Shown: piece by piece, positions 55,945 through 64,000 of the stretch
How positions within the stretch are numbered: the stretch's first letter is position 1
How the letters are laid out: every line of letters starts with the position of its first letter
Assembly (NCBI GenBank): GCA_036012755.1
Contig: DASCPX010000031.1
Location: 28,476-92,475, forward strand
Origin: Myxococcota bacterium
GTDB lineage: Bacteria; Myxococcota_A; UBA796; CAJQPC01
DNA length: 64,000 nt
Direction of reading: 5' to 3'
Notes under the pieces: generated by a model
The model's input: the letters and a program-made list of their open reading frames with translations, nothing else
Told to the model about the DNA's origin: nothing
Database searches by the model: none
Translations under genes and position numbers: made by a program

Positions 55945-56730
55945 ATGGCTGACGACATCCTGGACTACGACGAGGAGAAGCCGGTCCCGGCCAGGCGCTG
56001 GCTGTGGGATCTCCTCAAAACCTGGGTCCCAGCCATCCTCGCCGTCTTCGCGATCCGCTCGGCGGTGGCGGAGCCCTTCCGCATCCCGTCGGGCTCGATG
56101 GTCCCCACGCTGGAGATCGGCGACCACATCCTGGTCAGCAAGTTCAGCTACGACGTAAAGGTCCCCTTCACGGGCGAGGACCTGCCCGGCAGCTTGCGCT
56201 TCCCCAAGATCACGCTGATGCCCATCGCGGAGCCGCAGCGAGGCGACATCATCGTCTTCGAGTGGCCCCCGAACCCGGCCCAGGACTACATCAAGCGCGT
56301 CGTCGCGCTGCCCGGGGACATCGTCGAGGTCAAGGACAACGTCGTCTACGTCAACGACGAGGAGCAGCCCAAGGAGTACGTCGAGCAGCTGATCTTCAAG
56401 GACGACGGCTGCCGCGAGGAGAAGGTCAAGGCCTACAAGGAGGACCTCTACGGTGTGGAGCACTGGGTGCTCAACTCCACGGCCTACGGACGCAGCAGCC
56501 TGGCCAACTTCAGCGCCACGACCATCCCGGAAGGGCACGTCTTCGTGATGGGCGACAACCGCGACAACAGCGCGGACTCACGGGTCTGGGGCACGGTCCC
56601 CTACGGCAACATCCTGGGCAAGGCCCACTTCGTCTGGCTGTCCTACGACGCCTGCATGGTCGGCGAGCCCGGCGGCATGCCGCTGTTCGGCGAGTTCCGC
56701 TGGGACCGCTTCGGGCAGGGGCTGGAGTAG
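55945..56730 (+). CDS. lepB: Signal peptidase I
   Basis: EPFRIPSGSMVPTL, GD, RGDIIVF, DYIKRVV..PGD, MGDNRDNS.DSR.WG.VP. Confidence 0.96.
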   Translation: MADDILDYDEEKPVPARRWLWDLLKTWVPAILAVFAIRSAVAEPFRIPSGSMVPTLEIGDHILVSKFSYDVKVPFTGEDLPGSLRFPKITLMPIAEPQRGDIIVFEWPPNPAQDYIKRVVALPGDIVEVKDNVVYVNDEEQPKEYVEQLIFKDDGCREEKVKAYKEDLYGVEHWVLNSTAYGRSSLANFSATTIPEGHVFVMGDNRDNSADSRVWGTVPYGNILGKAHFVWLSYDACMVGEPGGMPLFGEFRWDRFGQGLE

Positions 56731-56731
56731 T

Positions 56732-57226
56732 TCAGCCAGAGTCGACCGGCCCGGAGTCACCCGGGTCGCAGTCCTCGTCCACGCTGTCGTCGCAGTCGTT
56801 GTCGACGAGGTCGTCACAGATCTCCTCGGCCCCAGGAGAGACACCGGCGTCCGCGTCGTCGCAGTCCCCCAGCTCCGTCGTGTAGCCGCTGAGGTCGCAG
56901 ACCATCGCGCTGTCGGAGAGCTCGCTGGCGTAGCCGTCGCCGTCGCCGTCGGGCCAGGCCTCCATCGGCAGCGAGGCGTCGCTGTCGTTGCAGTCATCCG
57001 CGTTGTCCGAGTAGCCGGGCCAGTCAGTGCCGCAGGCGTCGTTGGGCGCGGCCGGGTTCCCCAGACCGTCTCCGTCCGCGTCCGCGTAGACCGTGTCGAG
57101 GACGTCCTCGTCGATGTCACCGTCGCAGTCGTTGTCGAGGCCGTCGCAGACCTCGTCCGAGGGGGTGCAGGACTCGTCGATGGGGTCGTCGTCGCCGCAG
57201 GCGAGAGCGCAGAGAAGCCAGATCAT
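56732..57226 (-). CDS. MopE-related repeat lipoprotein
   Basis: MIWLLCALAC; EVCDGLDNDCDG, YADADGDGLG, DCDD....SPGAEEICD..DNDC. Confidence 0.85.
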   Translation of the reverse strand: MIWLLCALACGDDDPIDESCTPSDEVCDGLDNDCDGDIDEDVLDTVYADADGDGLGNPAAPNDACGTDWPGYSDNADDCNDSDASLPMEAWPDGDGDGYASELSDSAMVCDLSGYTTELGDCDDADAGVSPGAEEICDDLVDNDCDDSVDEDCDPGDSGPVDSG

Positions 57227-57264
57227 CGCTGCAATCCTACCCACAAGGCCTGTTAGTCCCGGTC

Positions 57265-57819
57265 GTGGACCGCGTTCGCCTGGCCATGACCCGCGACAAC
57301 GGCTGGGTGCCGGAGGAACCGACGGAGCCCTTCACCCGCGCCGCGGTCGCGATGGTGTGGACCGCCGCGGGCGAGCTCCTGATGATCAAGCGCGCGGAGC
57401 ACGAGGGCGACCCCTGGTCCGGGCACATGGCCTTTCCAGGCGGGCGGGTCGATCCCGAAGACGCCACGTCCCTGGCCGCAGCCATCCGCGAGTCCCGAGA
57501 GGAGCTGGCGCTGGACCTCTGTGGGGCGGAGGTGCTGGGCGAGCTGACACCCCTGCGCACGCCCTTCCGCGCCCGGGGCCACGTCCACTACGTGCACGCC
57601 CACGTCTTCTGCGTCGAGGCCATCGGGGGCCTCGAGCTCAACCGCGAGGTCGAGTCGGTCCACCACTTCGAGCTCGGACGACTGCTCGCGGACGAAGGCC
57701 GCGACAGCTTCCAGTGGCGCGGCTGGACCATGCCCTGCGTGCGCCTGAACGGCTGCTTCATCTGGGGCATGAGCCTCCGGCTGCTCGACGAGCTCCTGGA
57801 GCGGATCAAGGCCGAGTAG
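57265..57819 (+). CDS. CoA pyrophosphatase-like Nudix hydrolase
   Basis: WSGHMAFPGG.....D.....A.RE..EE, EV, IWGMS. Confidence 0.9.
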   Translation: MDRVRLAMTRDNGWVPEEPTEPFTRAAVAMVWTAAGELLMIKRAEHEGDPWSGHMAFPGGRVDPEDATSLAAAIRESREELALDLCGAEVLGELTPLRTPFRARGHVHYVHAHVFCVEAIGGLELNREVESVHHFELGRLLADEGRDSFQWRGWTMPCVRLNGCFIWGMSLRLLDELLERIKAE

Positions 57820-57828
57820 AGTCCAGGC

Positions 57829-59268
57829 ATGTGCCCAGAGCTCCTCACGGCCTGGCTCGTCCACCCGTCCACGGGCCTGCAGCATGCAGAAGCCGAGCTC
57901 GGCGCCGACTGCCTCCAGTCGCGCCTGGCCGAGCTCGGAGTCGACAGCCGCGTGGAGCTGGTCGAGGACGTCACGCCACCGCCACCACTGCCCGAGAAGT
58001 CGCGGCGGGATGTCTACGAGGTGACCGAGTGGCTCGCCTCAGAGAACTTCGTGCTGCGCTGGGGGGCCGACGTCGACGAGGCGGACGCGGAGTCCACCCT
58101 CGAGGAGCTCGAGAAGGCCTGGGAGATCGAGATCGTCCGTCTCGCCTACCCAGAGCCCGTCGGGACCCCCACCTACCTCATGAACGTCTACGTCGGCTCC
58201 ACCGGCGGAAACACCCCCTCTGACCTGGGCGCCGCCGGCTACTACACGGTCGACACCGCCGGCTACCCGATGCTGGTGCTCTCGGCGGACACGGTCGCGG
58301 ACCTCGAAGGCAACCGGGCGACGACCTCGGCCCACGAGTTCTTCCACGCGGTGCAGCACAGCATCGGCTCTCCCTACGCTTTCGGAACCGGAGAGAAGGG
58401 CGCGTGGTGGTGGGAGGCGACGGCGGTCTGGATCAACACGCGAGTGAACCCAGAGGCCAGCGGAGTCGGGGACTACCTGCTCGGCTGGACCTTCTTCCCC
58501 CACCTCTCGGTGGACCACTACCAGTACCCGGACGGGGTCCTGCTCGAGGGCTACCACGCCTACGGGGCCTTCCTCTTCGTCGATCACCTCGGCAGCGCGG
58601 AGATCGTCCGCCACAGCTGGCTCGATGCCGATGATCCCGATCCGCTCGTGGTGCTGGACCGCCTGCTGGACGAGGAGGGCCGGAGCGTCGAGGAAGTCCT
58701 CGTCGACCTCTGGCCGCGGGTGCTGAGCTGGGACCTGGACGACGGGGAGTCCTACGCCGCGACCCACGCCGAGTGGGCCGAGGAGTTCCCCGCGCAGGAC
58801 CAGCGCCTCGGCCTGGTGTTGGAGGCGGGGATCTTCGGCAGCCCCGACGCGCTCTGCCAGCGCTATGGCGCGAGCTACGCGCGGTTCTCGCCGACGGGAG
58901 AGAAGCCAGACGTGCGGCTCCGCTTCGACGGCGAGCTCCAAGGCAGCGAGTCGACGGCGGTGGAGTGGTTCGCACAGGTCCTCGTGGAGGAGGACGGGGC
59001 CTTCTCGAGCTACGACGTGCCGCTGGAGCTCGGAGAGGCCGACCTCCTGGTCGGCGAGGTCGCAGAGGCCGACGACATCTGGGTGGTCGCAGGAGCCCTG
59101 GCGGACCGCAAGATCGACGACGAGGTCTTCGAGCATCGGATCCGGGTCGACGAGGTCCGCTCATGCGGTGGATGCGACGGAGGGGCAGGCGGATCCTGGC
59201 TGATCGCCGTCGTCATCGGAGCAGCGAGAAGCGGTCGTCGACGGGTCCCTTCCGGCGACTCCAGTTGA
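57829..59268 (+). CDS. MXAN_6640-like HEXXH metalloprotease with MYXO-CTERM-like tail
   Basis: SENFVLRWG, AHEFFHAVQ, WWWEATAVW, HAYGAFLF; C-terminal CGGC + hydrophobic segment + RRR. Confidence 0.75.
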   Translation: MCPELLTAWLVHPSTGLQHAEAELGADCLQSRLAELGVDSRVELVEDVTPPPPLPEKSRRDVYEVTEWLASENFVLRWGADVDEADAESTLEELEKAWEIEIVRLAYPEPVGTPTYLMNVYVGSTGGNTPSDLGAAGYYTVDTAGYPMLVLSADTVADLEGNRATTSAHEFFHAVQHSIGSPYAFGTGEKGAWWWEATAVWINTRVNPEASGVGDYLLGWTFFPHLSVDHYQYPDGVLLEGYHAYGAFLFVDHLGSAEIVRHSWLDADDPDPLVVLDRLLDEEGRSVEEVLVDLWPRVLSWDLDDGESYAATHAEWAEEFPAQDQRLGLVLEAGIFGSPDALCQRYGASYARFSPTGEKPDVRLRFDGELQGSESTAVEWFAQVLVEEDGAFSSYDVPLELGEADLLVGEVAEADDIWVVAGALADRKIDDEVFEHRIRVDEVRSCGGCDGGAGGSWLIAVVIGAARSGRRRVPSGDSS

Positions 59269-60121
59269 GCGCGTCGACCTCTGCCCCCAGGAAGATGGTG
59301 CCCGCGACCAGGTAGAAGTAGAGCAGCATGCCGATGGCGGCGCCCAGCGAGCCATAGGTCGCGCCAAGGTCCGTGACCCCCTCGACGTAGGCCTGGAAAC
59401 CCACCGTGACCAGCACGATGCCGGCCAGGGCCGTGAGGCTCCCGTAGGTGCTCCAGGACCACCTCATCGGGGTGTTCGCGCCGAAGCGGTACAAGAGGTT
59501 GATGACGCCGTGGAGCATCAACAGCACGATCGGCCACCTCAGGAGTGTGAGCGCGGTGGCGAGGGCGCCATCCAGCCAGCCTCGCATCGTGACCCACTCG
59601 ATCACCACGGCGCCCAGCGTCAACAGCAGGGTGGCGATGATGGCGCTGCCCATCGTGGCCAGGGTGATGACGATCCCGATGCCCCGGACCAGGAAGAAGT
59701 TGCGGCCTTCGTCGGTCCCCCAGGCGGTGTTCACGCCCCGGATTCCGGCCGCGATGGCCCGCTGGCTCGCATAGAGGGACACCGCGAGACCGACGACGAT
59801 GCGCCCGCCGGCCTCTGCGAAGGCGACCCGGTGGACCTCGCCGACGAGGAGGTCACCGATGACCTCAGGGAAGGCGTCCGCGATGAGCGCGTCGAGGGCG
59901 GCGACCTCGTCGGTGAGATCGAAGAGCGAGAGGATGCCGAGCAGCGCGACCAGGAAGGGAAAAACGGCGAAGAGGAGGAAGTAGGCCATCTGCGCTGCCC
60001 GATCGACGAGCTGGTGCTCGACGATGTTCCTGGTGAGCGCGACGACCCAGGAGATGCTGGGGTGCCAATGGGCGGCCCGCTGCGCCAACCTCCAGACGGG
60101 CCCCTGCAGCGGCGGCCTCAC
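59213..60121 (-). CDS. YihY/virulence factor BrkB family membrane protein
   Basis: GTGA overlap start; AAQMAYF.LFA.FP, LYRFG, ATYGSLGA, GAE. Confidence 0.9.
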   Translation of the reverse strand: MRPPLQGPVWRLAQRAAHWHPSISWVVALTRNIVEHQLVDRAAQMAYFLLFAVFPFLVALLGILSLFDLTDEVAALDALIADAFPEVIGDLLVGEVHRVAFAEAGGRIVVGLAVSLYASQRAIAAGIRGVNTAWGTDEGRNFFLVRGIGIVITLATMGSAIIATLLLTLGAVVIEWVTMRGWLDGALATALTLLRWPIVLLMLHGVINLLYRFGANTPMRWSWSTYGSLTALAGIVLVTVGFQAYVEGVTDLGATYGSLGAAIGMLLYFYLVAGTIFLGAEVDALNWSRRKGPVDDRFSLLR

Positions 60122-62079
60122 TGGACGACACGAATCGAGCTCTCGGCGCCACCGCCGGTGAGCTCGATCTCGACCTCGTTGCCGTCGATGACGATGTGAA
60201 CGCCCCGCATGCGATCGATGACTCCACAGTCGAACCACCCGTCACTACGGCGAACGATGCAGGGTTGCCAGCCGCGGCTGGACTGCACCTCGAGGATGAC
60301 CTCGCCGCGGAGATCGGTCCAACCCTCGACCGTCCCGGAGAAGTGGGCGTCTTCTGCGACCTCGGATGCCACCGCGGGCACGGCGACGACCTCGGGGCGC
60401 TCCTCGTAGAGCGTGTAGACCCGGACTCCCGTGCCGGCGCCGTAGTCCTTCATCGAGACCATCACCGGCTCGAAGACCTCGTGGATTCGCTCCTGTTCGC
60501 CTTCCGCGTAGCGCTCGAGGTCGACGACGACGTACTTCATGCCCAGGCCCATCAGCCAGCGCAGCTCGTCGGTGTAGCTCTCCGCGTCCACGATGGCGCT
60601 CTCGGGGATGCGCTTTCCGACGGTCGCGAAGCTCAGATCGTTGAAGTTCTTCGCGAGCACGCCGGGGCCGCCCTCGCGCTCGGTGAGCGTGACCAGGCTC
60701 GGCGCGGTCCAGGCGCTCTTGTCGGTCAGGACCTGCAACGCGAGCAGGTCACCGCTGGCCAGATCGGTGCCCAGGCTCGCGAAGACGGGCTGCTCGGTGC
60801 GAACGTCGCCGCCGCCGCCCGGAACCCACAAGGGGAGGAAGAGGACGGCCGCGTCCTCTGGGTCCTCTGCGATCACCTCGGCGAAGGTGAGCGAGGGGAT
60901 CTGGATGTGGGGGTAGGCCGAGACCAGGCCACCAGAGGCCATGCCCCACCAGGCCAGCCAGCCCCCAAGGACGAGCCCGATGCCGAGCTCGATCTTCGGC
61001 CAGGGTCTCAGGGGCAGCGAACCCCACCACAGACCAGGCGCCAGCACCACGGTGACGGCGGCGATGTAGCGGCGCGGGAAGCGGATGTGGCTGCCGAGCG
61101 GACCGTCCGCCCACCACATCACCCACTCGTGGTGCATCGACAGCAGCAGGAAGAAGACACCGAGCACCGTCAACCAGGGGCTCCGCCGCAGGGCGAGGAG
61201 TCCGCCAGCGGCGAGGACGACGAGGTGCAACAGCGGCGGACCGTAGATGTCCCCGGCGTTCCACCCGAGGCCCCCGGGGTTCTGCGCGAAGTACTCGAGC
61301 AAGGCCCAGGTCGTCGCGTTCTGGCTGCGCACGTCGGTCTCGTGTGCGGTCGCCAAGGCCCGGTCCATGCCGTCGAGGACTGGCATGAAAGCGAGCACCA
61401 AGAGCCCGATACCGACGGCGACGACGACTCCGGCGATCCCGACCGCGTAGAGCCCGCGCCGGGTCCTCACGGTCGTCAGCGCACCCAGGACCGCGACCGC
61501 CGTGAAGGAGCCGTAGTAGACGGACTCCGCGCAGGTAGCGACGAAGAAGACAGCGGCGAGCAGGCCGAAGCGAAACTCCCCCCTGCACGCCCTCAGCATG
61601 CATGCGATGGTCAGCGGCATCCAGCCGACCGCGAGGACCTCCAGCGTGCCGTCGCGCAGCGCCCCGCCCAGGACCGGCTGGGTGGCGACGAGGGCCCCGG
61701 CGAGCAGCCCGGTGCCCCAGCCCCCACCGAGGGTGCGGACCAGCCAGGTCGTCGCGAGGACAGCGAACACCGTGTGCCCGAACACGATGAAGGACACGGC
61801 CGTTGCCGCGCCGAGGAACCGGCTGACGCCTGCCATGGCGATGAGCGAGACCGCGGGGAAGGGCACGACGTCGGCGCCTCGCGGGAAGCCCACCATCTCG
61901 GTGTCGAAGGGCCAGCCCGGCACCTCGTGGCCGATCAGCCACGCGCTCCACCAGCCGCGCAGGATGTCGCTCCCGCCCTCGCCTGGCAGCACCCCGGGCC
62001 CGAGCAAGGTGTGGTGCATCAGCACGGCGAGGACCACCGCGGCGACGACGACGATGGCGCGTGCGATGCGCGGAGGCAT
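60118..62079 (-). CDS. Polytopic membrane protein (GT-C/YfhO-like) with soluble C-terminal region
   Basis: GSD....WWS.W, GFPRG, SVYYG, IRFPRRY, many TMs. Confidence 0.6.
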   Translation of the reverse strand: MPPRIARAIVVVAAVVLAVLMHHTLLGPGVLPGEGGSDILRGWWSAWLIGHEVPGWPFDTEMVGFPRGADVVPFPAVSLIAMAGVSRFLGAATAVSFIVFGHTVFAVLATTWLVRTLGGGWGTGLLAGALVATQPVLGGALRDGTLEVLAVGWMPLTIACMLRACRGEFRFGLLAAVFFVATCAESVYYGSFTAVAVLGALTTVRTRRGLYAVGIAGVVVAVGIGLLVLAFMPVLDGMDRALATAHETDVRSQNATTWALLEYFAQNPGGLGWNAGDIYGPPLLHLVVLAAGGLLALRRSPWLTVLGVFFLLLSMHHEWVMWWADGPLGSHIRFPRRYIAAVTVVLAPGLWWGSLPLRPWPKIELGIGLVLGGWLAWWGMASGGLVSAYPHIQIPSLTFAEVIAEDPEDAAVLFLPLWVPGGGGDVRTEQPVFASLGTDLASGDLLALQVLTDKSAWTAPSLVTLTEREGGPGVLAKNFNDLSFATVGKRIPESAIVDAESYTDELRWLMGLGMKYVVVDLERYAEGEQERIHEVFEPVMVSMKDYGAGTGVRVYTLYEERPEVVAVPAVASEVAEDAHFSGTVEGWTDLRGEVILEVQSSRGWQPCIVRRSDGWFDCGVIDRMRGVHIVIDGNEVEIELTGGGAESSIRVVQ

Positions 62080-63230
62080 CAGCGGGACCCGAATCCTCGG
62101 CCCTTGGCGATGAGCTCCCGCATGATCTCGGTCGTCCCCCCGCCGATCGGGAAGAGACGCGCGTCACGAAAGAGACGCTCTACGAGGTACTCCCGCATGT
62201 ACCCGTAGCCACCGTGCAGCTGCACGGCCTGGTCGCAGACGTACATGCAGGCCTCCGTCGCGATGTTCTTGGCCATGGCGACCTCGACGAAGACGTTCTC
62301 GCCCCGCCTGTGGCGCTCGGCGATGGTGCAGGTGAAGGCGCGGGCAGCCTCCTCTCGGGTGGCCATCTCGGCGAGGGTGTGGCGGACGGTCTGGAATCCC
62401 CCGATGGCTCTCCCGAAGGCCCTCCGCTCTCGAACGTAGCGAGCGGTCGTGTCCAGGGCGAGACGAGCGATCGACACCACGGTGGCGGCGAGGAACAGTC
62501 GCTCGCTCACGAAGTTGCTCAGGATCACTCCGAAGCCACCGTTCTCCATGCCCAGGAGGTTCCCGACAGGGACCCTCACGCCGTCGAAGCCGAGCTCTGC
62601 GGTGTCAGAGGCCCACCAGCCCATCTTCTTGAGCTTCCGACCGACCGAGTATCCGGGGCTGTCGGCGTCGATGACGAGCAGGCTGATTCCCCCGATGCCC
62701 TCTGAGCCCGTGCGGACCGCGGTGGTCACGTAGTCCGCGCGCGCGCCGCTGGTGATGAAGGTCTTGGCGCCGGTGACGACATAGTGGTCCCCGTCCCGGA
62801 CCGCGCGGCAGCTGATGTTGGCGACGTCCGAACCAGCGCCTGGCTCCGTGATCGCCAGCGCAGCCACCTTCTCTCCGGAGCAGACCGCAGGCACGACGCG
62901 TTCCTTGAGGGCGGCGCTGCCGAACTCGATGATCGGGGGCACGGAGATGCCGTGGGAGCCGAGACCGACGGCCGTGCCGACGGACTGCCCGTGGCGGATG
63001 ATGGCCTCTGTGATCGCCAGCGCATGGAAGACATCGCCACCCGCACCTCCGAGCTCCTCCGGGTACCCGGCCCCGAGGATCCCGGCCTGACCCGCTCGCT
63101 GGTACAGGTCGCGGGGGAACTCCCCGGCCTCCTCCCAATCGAGCGCATTGGGGGCGATCTCCCGAGCCGCCCAACGGGCTGTGGCTTCATAGAGGGCTTC
63201 GTGTGTCTCGTCCTGGAACAGCGGCAGCAT
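62079..63230 (-). CDS. Acyl-CoA dehydrogenase
   Basis: AITEPGAGSDVA, GAKTFITSG, KKMGWWASDTAEL, R.AFG, QLHGGYGY, IGGGTTEIM. Confidence 0.96.
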   Translation of the reverse strand: MLPLFQDETHEALYEATARWAAREIAPNALDWEEAGEFPRDLYQRAGQAGILGAGYPEELGGAGGDVFHALAITEAIIRHGQSVGTAVGLGSHGISVPPIIEFGSAALKERVVPAVCSGEKVAALAITEPGAGSDVANISCRAVRDGDHYVVTGAKTFITSGARADYVTTAVRTGSEGIGGISLLVIDADSPGYSVGRKLKKMGWWASDTAELGFDGVRVPVGNLLGMENGGFGVILSNFVSERLFLAATVVSIARLALDTTARYVRERRAFGRAIGGFQTVRHTLAEMATREEAARAFTCTIAERHRRGENVFVEVAMAKNIATEACMYVCDQAVQLHGGYGYMREYLVERLFRDARLFPIGGGTTEIMRELIAKGRGFGSR

Positions 63231-63253
63231 CGGCGGTGTCACCCTACCAAGAC

Positions 63254-63281
63254 CTGACAACTGCGGCTGGAGTTGGATAAT
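63254..63281 (+). promoter_or_regulatory. Possible sigma70-type promoter in AT-rich divergent intergenic region
   Basis: CTGACA-N16-GATAAT, 34 nt upstream of ATG 63316. Confidence 0.35.
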
Positions 63282-63315
63282 TAGAGTTATAGGGTGGTCT
63301 CCAACAGGGGTGTCC

Positions 63316-64000
63316 ATGCGAGTGTGTCCGCGCTGCAAGAAGGAGTACGCCGACAGCGTCGCGTTCTGCTTCGTGGACGGCATTCCGACCGACGAGGTCG
63401 TCGCTGTCGCGGTCGATCCCTTGCCCGCGGTCTCCGAGCCAGCTGTTCCAGACGGGCAGCCCCTGCCGCAAGACGAGGACGCCACCGACGCTCCGAGCCT
63501 GTCGGAGGTCAGCGTCGATTTGCAGGCCACACCCGAGCCCGTGGCGACAGAGCCCGTGGCGACAGAGCCCGTGGCGACAGAGCCCGTGGCGACAGAGCCG
63601 CCCGTGGAGCCAGAGGAGACCGCGGCGATTCCGGACGCCGGACCCGAGCGCATCGACGCTCCGCTTGCGCAGAAGGACTTCGAGAGCGACGAGGCCTTCC
63701 TCGACCAGACCAACGATGATCTCGGCGGCTTCGACTCCGACCACGACGACGAACCGATCGAACCGGTCGGTCGCCCCAATGGACTCCTCATCGGCATGGG
63801 TATCGCCGCCGCGCTGATGCTCGGCGTCGGCGGGTGGTTGCTGTGGCAGAGCTTCAGCGAGAGCAAGGCCGTGACGGACCAGACGCCTGTCGTCGAGGAG
63901 CCCGTCGTCGTCGAGGAGCCAGCCGTCGTCGAGGAGCCCGTCGTCGTCGAGGAGCCCGTCGTCGTCGAGGAGCCAGCCGTCGTCGAGGAGCCCGTCGTCG
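63316..64000 (+). CDS. Zinc-ribbon / acidic linker / single-TM protein, 3' partial
   Basis: Not in the ORF track because it runs off the window. MRVCPRCKKEY....FCFVDG, EPVAT repeats, TM LLIGMGIAAALMLGVGGWLLW, VVEEP repeats. Confidence 0.8.
   Translation, partial: MRVCPRCKKEYADSVAFCFVDGIPTDEVVAVAVDPLPAVSEPAVPDGQPLPQDEDATDAPSLSEVSVDLQATPEPVATEPVATEPVATEPVATEPPVEPEETAAIPDAGPERIDAPLAQKDFESDEAFLDQTNDDLGGFDSDHDDEPIEPVGRPNGLLIGMGIAAALMLGVGGWLLWQSFSESKAVTDQTPVVEEPVVVEEPAVVEEPVVVEEPVVVEEPAVVEEPVV
63535..63594 (+). repeat. 15-bp tandem repeat GAGCCCGTGGCGACA x4 (EPVAT)
   Basis: Four exact copies read directly. Confidence 0.95.
63889..64000 (+). repeat. 18-bp tandem repeat encoding VVEEP(V/A), at least 6 copies, runs off window
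   Basis: GTCGTCGAGGAG followed by CCCGTC or CCAGCC, read directly. Confidence 0.95.

Noticed and set aside
63535..64000. Tandem repeats here and at 8691-8750 as CRISPR arrays
   Set aside because: Units are 9, 15 and 18 bp, in frame, without unique spacers; no cas genes.

Overview
A gene-dense, GC-rich bacterial window with about 60 CDSs. I found no rRNA, tRNA, CRISPR array, transposase or integrase. MopE-like Cys/Asp repeats, a MYXO-CTERM-like tail and the signalling repertoire suggest a Myxococcota-like organism (inference). Main blocks: (1) 1-12.8 kb, envelope genes (sulfatase/alkaline-phosphatase-fold proteins, GT-C-like membrane proteins, SDR, SCP2, YceI); (2) 12.8-18.1 kb, signalling (REC-PAS-GGDEF-EAL, two kinases) plus an HNH nuclease; (3) 18.1-28.0 kb, a co-directional minus-strand cluster of FG-GAP lipoprotein, UbiA-like protein, PEP-synthase/RPH-like dikinase, DUF3419/BtaA-like transferase, PI-PLC-like lipoprotein and MMPL transporter, interrupted by a RES toxin-antitoxin pair whose antitoxin appears to lack its HTH; (4) rnd, then a Tad/Flp pilus operon ending in a kinase and an NtrC-like regulator with a degenerate AAA+ domain; (5) flippase-like genes, Nit1, Cys-rich paralogs, mlaEF without mlaD, a transglutaminase-like gene; (6) a pseudo-/active PP2C-cNMP pair, lepB, Nudix, metalloprotease, YihY and acyl-CoA dehydrogenase. 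The most striking window-wide pattern is about a dozen predicted lipoproteins with only 6-10 uncharged residues before the lipobox Cys. There are also several candidate CTG starts and a few single-base frameshifts that may be sequencing errors. All family calls come from motif recognition by eye, not from database searches.
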